Of a stretch of 64,000 nucleotides of DNA, positions 57,206 through 64,000 are shown piece after piece. Source of the DNA: Clostridia bacterium. Lineage in GTDB: Bacteria > Bacillota > Clostridia > Christensenellales > CAG-314. The translations under genes and the position numbers were made by a program. Under the pieces are notes generated by a model. The model was given only the letters and a program-made list of their open reading frames with translations. It ran no database searches and was not told the DNA's origin. The stretch is taken from contig JAFTHP010000004.1 of the NCBI GenBank assembly GCA_017457305.1, positions 1,084 to 65,083 of the forward strand, given 5' to 3'. Numbering within the stretch: the first letter of the stretch is position 1; every line of letters begins with the position of its first letter.

Positions 57206-59629
57206 ATGCTTTCAGATAAAGCCAGCGCGATATTTGAAACGGCGCTAATGTTTGCTCGTCAAAACCTTGACGGCATGTTGGAAGCAAAGCACGTGTTATT
57301 TGCTTTGTCCAACGAAGATAGCGATGCCAAAAAATATCTAAATCACTTTGGACTCAACTCCAAAAACCTTGAGCCAAAAAACAAAGGTCGTGGTGGGGCG
57401 GTGCATCAATCGCAGGAAGTTTCCCACCTTATCAGCACGGCGGATATCATTGCACGACAACTTGGCGCACCCGAAGTGGATTGCGTTCACTTGCTCATTG
57501 CAATTTTGTCCATACCCAAGACCTACGCATACGAAAAAATTGCCTTTTTGCTAGGAGAAAAGGGATCTTCGCCAGAAGCTTTCTTCGACTACATAATGAG
57601 CCAAATCCCCAACAGCAAAAAGCTAAATAGCTACTCCCAGTTTACCCAGGACGTGGAAACAATGCAACCACAAACCACCACCGACGTGTACGCACGCAGG
57701 GTGGAGTCTGCCACTATCCCCTTTAGTGTGGACCTAACGGAAAAGGCAACAATCGGCGGTTTTGATCCCGTTATTGGCAGAGAAGTGGAAACAGAGCGTG
57801 TTATCCAAACGCTTACTCGCCGTTCCAAGAACAACCCAGTGCTTGTAGGCGAACCGGGCGTAGGCAAAACAGCGGTAGTGGAAGGCTTGGCACTTGCCAT
57901 TGTCAAGGGACGTGTTCCTGCCGAACTACAAGGCAAGCGTCTTGTTGAGTTGGATATTGCATCAATGGTAAGCGGAACTCGCTTTAGGGGCGACTTTGAA
58001 GAACGCCTAACCAACACCATCAACCAAGTAATTGCCGAAGGCAACATCATTTTGTTCATTGACGAAATCCACAACATGGTGGGCGCTGGCAGCACGTCGG
58101 ATAACTCCATGGATGCAGCAGAAATATTGAAACCAGCGCTAGCTCGTGGCGAACTTCGTATCATCGGTGCAACCACCACGCGTGAGTATCGCAAGTATAT
58201 CGAAAAGGATCCCGCTTTGGAAAGACGCTTCCAACCAATCATGGTGGAAGAACCTTCGCCAGAGCTGGCTATTCAAATTGTCAAGGGTGTCAAGTCTAAG
58301 TACGAAAACCACCACAACGTCATCATCACCGACGAAGCCATCAAGGCGGCAGTTGAACTGTCCGTTAGATACGTCAACGACCGTTTTTTGCCAGACAAGG
58401 CATTTGATATTATCGACGAATCTTGTAGCAAACTCAAAATTTCCACCTTTGCCGTACCCAAGCACCTAATCGACTTGGCGGCAGAGCTTACTACACTCAA
58501 GCGCAAGCTGGATTTGGTTCGCCTAAACGATCCACAGCAAGCTGCCGTTATGGAAGAAAAGTACGCTAACCTTTTGCACGAATACGAGTACGCACAGTTT
58601 GACTACAACCAACAAGTGGAAGAGTACAAATGCAAGCTAACAGCAAACGACGTAAGGTTGGTAGTTTCCCAAATGACAGGTGTTCCCGTTGCGGAACTTT
58701 CCCGCGAAGAAAAGGACAAGCTTGTCCACCTAGAACAAGAGTTAGCTCGTCGTGTTATTGGACAAGAAGAGGCGGTAAAGGTCGTTTCTCGTGCAGTTAA
58801 AAGGCAAAGGGCAGGCATCAAGGATCCAAACCGCCCCATTGGTAGCTTTATCTTTGTAGGTCCAACTGGTGTGGGCAAAACGGAGCTTGCCAAAGCTTTG
58901 TCCGACTTGCTATTTGGCTCCAACAGCGAGGTTGTTCGCATTGATATGTCGGAGTATATGGACAAGCAATCCACCGCAAAACTTATCGGTGCGCCCCCTG
59001 GATACGTTGGCTATGACGAAAGCGGATATCTTACTGAAAAAATAAGAACAAAGCCCTACAGCGTGGTGCTGTTCGACGAAATTGAAAAGGCGCATCCAGA
59101 CGTATTCAATTTGCTACTGCAAATCTTGGACGAAGGTCGCCTAACCGACTCCCACGGAAAGACAGTCAACTTCCGTAACACGGTCATCATCCTGACAAGT
59201 AACATTGGTATTTCCGATAGCACTTCCTCCTTCGGTTTTGCAACAAAGGACAGCTACGAAACGCTAAAAGACAACGTTGAACGTGCATTGAAAAAGTTCT
59301 TCCGTCCAGAGTTTTTGAACAGATTGGACGAAATTGTACTGTTCAACTACTTGGACGAACAGTCCACAATCAAGATTACCGAACTGTTGTGTTTTGGCTT
59401 GTACAAGCGTCTCAAGGGCACGTTGAACCTAAAGTTCACCGACAATGCCATTGCCCTAATTGCACAGCAAGGCTACGACAAAAACAACGGCGCAAGACCA
59501 CTTAAACGTGCTATCCAACGCCAAGTGGAAGATGCCCTTGCCGAAAAACTACTCACAGGGGAAATTGCCCAAGGCAACACCGTGGTAGTTGATGCTCAAA
59601 ACGGAAAGATTATCTTTACCAAGGGCTAA
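57206..59629 (+). CDS. clpC: Clp/Hsp100 ATPase, ClpC-like
   Basis: 807 aa. Clp_N repeats and two AAA modules (GEPGVGKTA and GPTGVGKTE). Confidence 0.9.
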   Translation: MLSDKASAIFETALMFARQNLDGMLEAKHVLFALSNEDSDAKKYLNHFGLNSKNLEPKNKGRGGAVHQSQEVSHLISTADIIARQLGAPEVDCVHLLIAILSIPKTYAYEKIAFLLGEKGSSPEAFFDYIMSQIPNSKKLNSYSQFTQDVETMQPQTTTDVYARRVESATIPFSVDLTEKATIGGFDPVIGREVETERVIQTLTRRSKNNPVLVGEPGVGKTAVVEGLALAIVKGRVPAELQGKRLVELDIASMVSGTRFRGDFEERLTNTINQVIAEGNIILFIDEIHNMVGAGSTSDNSMDAAEILKPALARGELRIIGATTTREYRKYIEKDPALERRFQPIMVEEPSPELAIQIVKGVKSKYENHHNVIITDEAIKAAVELSVRYVNDRFLPDKAFDIIDESCSKLKISTFAVPKHLIDLAAELTTLKRKLDLVRLNDPQQAAVMEEKYANLLHEYEYAQFDYNQQVEEYKCKLTANDVRLVVSQMTGVPVAELSREEKDKLVHLEQELARRVIGQEEAVKVVSRAVKRQRAGIKDPNRPIGSFIFVGPTGVGKTELAKALSDLLFGSNSEVVRIDMSEYMDKQSTAKLIGAPPGYVGYDESGYLTEKIRTKPYSVVLFDEIEKAHPDVFNLLLQILDEGRLTDSHGKTVNFRNTVIILTSNIGISDSTSSFGFATKDSYETLKDNVERALKKFFRPEFLNRLDEIVLFNYLDEQSTIKITELLCFGLYKRLKGTLNLKFTDNAIALIAQQGYDKNNGARPLKRAIQRQVEDALAEKLLTGEIAQGNTVVVDAQNGKIIFTKG

Positions 59630-59650
59630 AAACTAAACAAACAAATTCAA

Positions 59651-59683
59651 AAAGGACTCTCCGCTACGTAGAGTCCTTTTTTT
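59651..59683 (+). terminator. rho-independent terminator after clpC
   Basis: GGACTCT-loop-AGAGTCC followed by T7. Confidence 0.8.
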
Positions 59684-59686
59684 GCA

Positions 59687-59719
59687 TAAAAAAAACAAGC
59701 ACCTCAAAAAAAGTGCTTG
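59687..59719 (-). terminator. rho-independent terminator after the XRE gene
   Basis: CAAGCAC-loop-GTGCTTG. The T-run lies on the minus strand (A9 on the plus strand). Confidence 0.65.
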
Positions 59720-59761
59720 TCAAAGGTCTAGTCAATGTGCATTTTTGCAAAAATACCGCAA

Positions 59762-59977
59762 CTAGTCGTCTTGTCTGCCCAATAAGTAGTCGGAAGAAAC
59801 GCCAAAATAATCGGCAATTTTCACCAAAATACTGGCAGTAGGCTCAATATTGTTATTTTCGTAGTCGCAATAGGTGCTTTGAGAAATTCCCAAAGCATTG
59901 GCTACTTCTTTTTGTGTTTTTTCTTTTTCTTTTCTCAATTCTTTGATTCTAGCAGATAGTATTTTCATACTTGACAT
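59762..59977 (-). CDS. XRE-family helix-turn-helix transcriptional regulator
   Basis: 71 aa (68 aa if the ATG at 59968 is used). HTH motif KTQKEVANALGISQSTYCDYENN. No obvious SD, so it may be leaderless. Confidence 0.8.
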   Translation of the reverse strand: MSSMKILSARIKELRKEKEKTQKEVANALGISQSTYCDYENNNIEPTASILVKIADYFGVSSDYLLGRQDD

Positions 59978-59991
59978 ATTAACATAAAAAA

Positions 59992-60033
59992 ATCGGAAAA
60001 ACTATTGACATCGGTTTTCCGATAGTGTATAAT
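59992..60033 (+). promoter_or_regulatory. consensus sigma-A promoter embedded in an inverted repeat (candidate XRE operator)
   Basis: TTGACA, 17-nt spacer, TATAAT (60005-60033). ATCGGAAAA (59992-60000) and its complement TTTTCCGAT (60015-60023) bracket the -35. Confidence 0.6.
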
Positions 60034-60152
60034 TTAGACAGTAAGGTTTCCTGCTACTATTGTAGCCATTTTGCTCTGTGGAAAGTAGTGGTTATTTGTG
60101 CTATAAATAATAATAAAAAAAAAAATTAATTATCCATTTTTGACTGCATATA

Positions 60153-60181
60153 TTGTATTTGACTATTCTTTGTGGTAAAAT
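60153..60181 (+). promoter_or_regulatory. second promoter candidate upstream of hpf
   Basis: TTGTAT, 17-nt spacer, TGgTAAAAT. Confidence 0.45.
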
Positions 60182-60232
60182 GCAAGTGGGAAAGGTTAAT
60201 GCTTTTTCTAATATCAAGTTGGAGGTATAATT

Positions 60233-60766
60233 ATGAAACTTGAAATTATTGCAAAAAACTACCGCGTATCCGACAGACTAGAACAAATTTTGGAAGCCAA
60301 AATTAGAAAGTTGGACAAGTATTTCCCAGATGGTAACACCCCATGCAAGGTAGTTATGAGTGATCTTGGCAGACAATGCAAGATGGAAATTTCCATCAAC
60401 TACCACGGCGTACATATCCGTACCGAAGTGGTAGGGGACACAATGTACTACAACATTGACGATGCATTGCCCAAGCTAGAGCGTCAAATTGTAAAGCACC
60501 GCGACAAGCTCAACAGATTCCACAAACTACCAGAAAAACCATCCGAATACGCATTTGTATCGGAAGTGGAAGAAACACCATTGGAAATTGCCAAGGTTAA
60601 ACGTTTCGAAGTGGAACGTTTGTCCCCAGTAGAAGCAGCGGAAAACTTGGAGTTGGTAGGACACGACTTCTATTTGTTCATCAACGAGGAAACAGGCAAC
60701 TTCGAAGCCGTTTACCGTCGTAAAGATGGCTCAATTGGTTTGCTTCAACCTTACGAAGAAGATTAA
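60233..60766 (+). CDS. hpf: ribosome hibernation promoting factor (long form)
   Basis: 177 aa with a GGAGG SD. An N-terminal S30AE domain and a C-terminal dimerisation domain ...GHDFYLFINEETG...VYRRKDG. Confidence 0.9.
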   Translation: MKLEIIAKNYRVSDRLEQILEAKIRKLDKYFPDGNTPCKVVMSDLGRQCKMEISINYHGVHIRTEVVGDTMYYNIDDALPKLERQIVKHRDKLNRFHKLPEKPSEYAFVSEVEETPLEIAKVKRFEVERLSPVEAAENLELVGHDFYLFINEETGNFEAVYRRKDGSIGLLQPYEED

Positions 60767-60799
60767 AACACTGTTTAGTGTTTGGAGGTAGACACGAAA

Positions 60800-61333
60800 A
60801 TGAACACATTAACTCTTTTGGCGTTCGAGTCGGCCACACTTGCGGGTGATTGGCTACCATGGATTATCACAATGTTTATTGTGGGTGTAATCATGGTGGG
60901 TATCGAAATGTCCATGCCAGGATTTGGCGTATTTGGTATTGTTGGTGTATCGTTGTTTGTTGTAGCTAGTATTTTGCACTTTGTAACGGGCGGTCAGTTT
61001 ATCGTTTGGATAATCATTTTCATTGTTTCGGCGGTACTGATTGTTGCTATGTTCATTGTTTTGAGCCGTTTGGTTCGCAAGGGAAAGCTTGGCAAATCAT
61101 CAATATTCAACAACAAAGCATCCGTTCCTACGGACATCACACAAGGAACAAAGGACTTTTCCTACCTGCTAGACCAAGTTGGAACAACAACTACATTGCT
61201 AAGGCCTATTGGCCGTGCTAGTTTCAATGGCGAAACTGTAGACGTTGTTGCACGTGATGGCTTCATCGAAAAGGATGTTGCCGTTGTTGTTGTAGCGGTA
61301 GAAGGACAACGCGTTGTCGTTGTAGAAAAATAA
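60800..61333 (+). CDS. NfeD-family membrane protein
   Basis: 177 aa from ATG 60800 (SD GGAGG). TM helices followed by a C-terminal OB-fold-like segment GRASFNGETVDVVARDGFIEKD. It lies upstream of floA as in Bacillus yqeZ-yqfA. Confidence 0.8.
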   Translation: MNTLTLLAFESATLAGDWLPWIITMFIVGVIMVGIEMSMPGFGVFGIVGVSLFVVASILHFVTGGQFIVWIIIFIVSAVLIVAMFIVLSRLVRKGKLGKSSIFNNKASVPTDITQGTKDFSYLLDQVGTTTTLLRPIGRASFNGETVDVVARDGFIEKDVAVVVVAVEGQRVVVVEK

Positions 61334-61369
61334 ATATTTTGTGAAATTATCACAGGGAGGACACACATT

Positions 61370-62374
61370 ATGATTGGATTACTAGCAGCTAGCATCCCTC
61401 CATGGGGAATTGCTTTGATCGTTATTGGCGTACTTTTGCTTTTCGTGCTAATGTTCTTGCCAATTGGCACATACTTTGTTGCCATTGTAAGTGGAGCACA
61501 CGTTCCAATGGGCAGACTAATTGGTATGAAACTTCGTCGTATCAAGTACAAGTTGCTTGTTGACGTTTACATCCGTGCAAAGAAAGCTGGTTTGGATATT
61601 GACATCACCGAACTAGAAAGCCACGTTATGGCAGGTGGTAACATTTCCAACGTAGTAAACGCTCTAATTTCCGCGCACAGCGCAAATATCGACCTATCTT
61701 TGCAATCAGCTAAGGCAATCGACCTTGCCGGCCGTGACGTACTAAACGCCGTAAAGGTATCCGTTAACCCAAAGGTTATCGAAACTCCAGTTATCTCCGC
61801 CATTGCCAAAAACGGTATCGAATTGCGTGTAAAGGCTCGTGTAACAGTACGTGCTAACATTGCAAGACTTGTCGGTGGTGCCGGGGAAGAAACAATCATT
61901 GCCCGCGTAGGCGAAGGTATCGTAACAACAGTTGGTTCTGCCGAACTTCACAAGGAAGTTTTGGAAAACCCCGACCTTATCAGCAAAACCGTACTCAAAA
62001 AAGGTCTCGATGCTGGTACAGCATTTGAAATTTTGTCCATCGACATCGCTGACGTAGACGTTGGCCGCAACATCGGTGCACAACTTCAAATGGACCAAGC
62101 CGAAGCAGACAAACGTATTGCTCAAGCTAACGCCGAAGAACGTCGTGCAATGGCTATTGCAACCGAACAAGAAATGAAGGCTCACACTCAAGAAATGCGC
62201 GCTCGCGTAGTAGAAGCAGAAGCAGAAGTTCCAAGAGCTATGGCAGAAGCTTTCCGCAGTGGCCGTTTGGGCATCATGGATTACTACCAAATGCAAAATA
62301 TCCAAGCCGACACAGCAATGCGCACAGCAATTAGCGGTGACAACCACGACGGAAAGGGCCCAAATAACAAGTAA
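61370..62374 (+). CDS. floA: flotillin-like protein FloA (YqfA family)
   Basis: 334 aa. An N-terminal TM, an SPFH-like core and an Ala/Glu-rich coiled coil [18 protein letters not shown]. Confidence 0.9.
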   Translation: MIGLLAASIPPWGIALIVIGVLLLFVLMFLPIGTYFVAIVSGAHVPMGRLIGMKLRRIKYKLLVDVYIRAKKAGLDIDITELESHVMAGGNISNVVNALISAHSANIDLSLQSAKAIDLAGRDVLNAVKVSVNPKVIETPVISAIAKNGIELRVKARVTVRANIARLVGGAGEETIIARVGEGIVTTVGSAELHKEVLENPDLISKTVLKKGLDAGTAFEILSIDIADVDVGRNIGAQLQMDQAEADKRIAQANAEERRAMAIATEQEMKAHTQEMRARVVEAEAEVPRAMAEAFRSGRLGIMDYYQMQNIQADTAMRTAISGDNHDGKGPNNK

Positions 62375-62398
62375 GCCTAACTTTCGGAGGTAGACGCT

Positions 62399-62926
62399 AT
62401 GAAAAATCTACTTTTGCTGTTTGCAGAGTTGGATATTGCGCCCATCATTATACCCATCATTGTTATTGTGGTTATCATCATCAAGGTAATCAGCAAGGTA
62501 AGCAACAAGGTGGATCAGGAAGAACTTGTAAGGCAACATCAGCAACAATCGGAGGCTCGTCAAGCCCAACCAAGCGGATTGACCAACAGCCAACGTAGCT
62601 ATTTGGAGCAACTCAAGGAAAGACAGCGCCAACGCAATCAAGCGGCTCAAGGCACTGTGACACCAACCGTTCATCCCGTTGGTAGCGACCACGACCACGT
62701 TGGTCAACAAACGGAGCAGTATGACGAGATTATTGGCTCCTTGGGGGATGTTTCCACCGAAGGCTGTGATGAGCTTTCTGGCGTGCGACTTATCGCTCAC
62801 GACCTTGCTTATGCCCCCGAAAGGGAAAACTCTGTCGACTACGACAAGGTTGCAAGGGCAATGGTGCTAGGGGAAGTGCTCAACTCGCCCCGCTACAAGG
62901 TTCCCTACATCAGCAAACGCAAATAA
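62399..62926 (+). CDS. hypothetical membrane-anchored protein (yqfB position)
   Basis: 175 aa with a GGAGG SD. One N-terminal TM and a Gln/Arg-rich segment. No recognisable motif. Confidence 0.6.
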   Translation: MKNLLLLFAELDIAPIIIPIIVIVVIIIKVISKVSNKVDQEELVRQHQQQSEARQAQPSGLTNSQRSYLEQLKERQRQRNQAAQGTVTPTVHPVGSDHDHVGQQTEQYDEIIGSLGDVSTEGCDELSGVRLIAHDLAYAPERENSVDYDKVARAMVLGEVLNSPRYKVPYISKRK

Positions 62927-62941
62927 TCAGTAAATAAAAAT

Positions 62942-62989
62942 ATACCCTGCAAAATGGATGTAAAAGTCCGTTTTCAGGGTATTTTTTTG
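62942..62989 (+). terminator. rho-independent terminator
   Basis: ATACCCTG...CAGGGTAT stem followed by T7. Confidence 0.75.
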
Positions 62990-63302
62990 TGATTGCAGTT
63001 GTTTGGTGTTACTGCTTGTATTGTACTTATCTAGTGTTAACGTTTTTTTGTGATGTCAGTCTGCTTGCGTTGTGTTAACTAAATCAATGTTTATGTTGGC
63101 AGGAGTCATCCTAAAATCAAGTTTTTTTGTTGTAATCGGTCTAGTTAAGTTTTGCACCTTTGAGTGGATAACTACACTTTTTTATCACAGGATGTTTGTG
63201 TGTTGATTGTAGTTGTCTTTATTGTTTCTTATCCCCAAAATGCCCAATATTGTGGTTGTTGTAGGTTGTTTTTGTCAAAGTTCCCCTATTTTACTCAAAC
63301 AC

Positions 63303-63332
63303 TTGACTTTGCTTTGTGCTGGTGACTATAAT
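63303..63332 (+). promoter_or_regulatory. sigma-A-type promoter
   Basis: TTGACT, 18-nt spacer, TATAAT. Confidence 0.55.
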
Positions 63333-63382
63333 ATTTGTATCACAAAATGCTATCAAGCATTGTCGAAGTGGGGGAGTATTTT

Positions 63383-63829
63383 ATGGGACCAACCAAAAAA
63401 CAAGCAAAAAGAGAAAATGCTTTTACCTTTTTTATTATGTTAGCGGTAAGCATTGGTTGCATTGTTGGCCATTTGTTTATCAAAAGTGACTGGAAGTACG
63501 CATTGCTATTTGTAGGAGTGGTGGGCATTTTTGTAAGTTTTGGCGAATTGTTCAAAGGACTAAAAAAGATAAAACGCAGTTTTTGCCCCCAATGCGGTGC
63601 TTACTACCAATACGGCAAGGATATCACTTGGGAAGCAGATAGGGAAGAAATTTACAAAAATGGCAACAAAGCTTACTACATTGCCACTTTCTATTGCGTG
63701 TGTCCCGATTGCGGTAAGCAAATTGTTTACAAAAGACACGGTGTCTACGCCGATTTTGACAAGAATACAAACAGTTGGAAACAACGTGACGTCTATGCCG
63801 AAGCAAAGGATTTGTTTTGGACGGAATAG
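63383..63829 (+). CDS. hypothetical 2-TM protein with C-terminal zinc-ribbon
   Basis: 148 aa from ATG 63383 (SD GGGGGAG). Two CxxC pairs (CPQCG and CPDCG). Confidence 0.6.
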   Translation: MGPTKKQAKRENAFTFFIMLAVSIGCIVGHLFIKSDWKYALLFVGVVGIFVSFGELFKGLKKIKRSFCPQCGAYYQYGKDITWEADREEIYKNGNKAYYIATFYCVCPDCGKQIVYKRHGVYADFDKNTNSWKQRDVYAEAKDLFWTE

Positions 63830-64000
63830 TTTGTTTTATTTAGCTAACAGGTTGTGCCTGAACTTAAATCAACAATGGCTTAGATAAAGTTAACCTTTTG
63901 CTGTCAAGTTTTTGAAAAATGGAGTTTATCGCAGGTTAGTGTGCTCAAAATGGGGGATTTATCACTTGTTCAACGCACAAAAGGGTAATGACTAGCAATT

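Noticed and set aside
1-64000. Looked for tRNA/rRNA genes, CRISPR repeats, IS elements or transposases, integrases, reverse transcriptases, toxin-antitoxin pairs and known defence genes.
   Set aside because: None were recognised. There are no T-loop GGTTCGA-type motifs in intergenic regions, no regularly spaced direct repeats and no recombinase-like ORFs. The single XRE gene has no partner toxin ORF.

Overview
This is a 64-kb chromosomal segment with Firmicutes-type gene content and synteny: comEA-comEC-holA, lspA-rluD, tig-clpP-clpX-lon-engB, uvrB/uvrA, polA-coaE, nrdR, thyA-folA, clpC, hpf and nfeD-floA. I call about 60 protein genes, mostly on the plus strand. I saw no rRNA, tRNA, CRISPR array, transposase or integrase. 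All product calls rest on motif recognition by eye; no database search was run. Several ORF-track starts were moved to internal ATG/GTG/TTG codons that have a Shine-Dalgarno (SD) sequence. Most of the window is housekeeping, but two minus-strand islands look accessory. (1) 41356-44017 holds five tandem paralogous genes for small three-helix membrane proteins. They have hypervariable loops and linkers and a conserved SHOCT-like C-terminal motif. One promoter, overlapped by a long palindrome, drives them. This is my best candidate for an undescribed system. (2) 3799-7818 holds a SipW-type (archaeal/ER-type) signal peptidase with a 140-aa Pro/Lys-rich tail. It sits among three secreted proteins that carry matching TasA-like signal peptides, Ig-like repeats and glycan-binding-like modules, which suggests a surface fibre/adhesin operon. 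Other points worth a second look:
- an aspartate-carbamoyltransferase-like ORF that has lost its carbamoyl-phosphate motifs, at the position of the Bacillus pyr operon
- a short divergent GSIII-like ligase next to a CofE-like gene
- a translationally coupled nrdR / P-loop kinase / CYTH trio
- a ComEC whose metallo-beta-lactamase His motif is absent
- an unannotated 56-aa 2x[4Fe-4S] ferredoxin missed by the ORF track
- several long non-coding stretches carrying hairpins and palindromes (10075-10774, 23953-24469, 27600-28033, 51446-51787, 59978-60232, 62990-63300)
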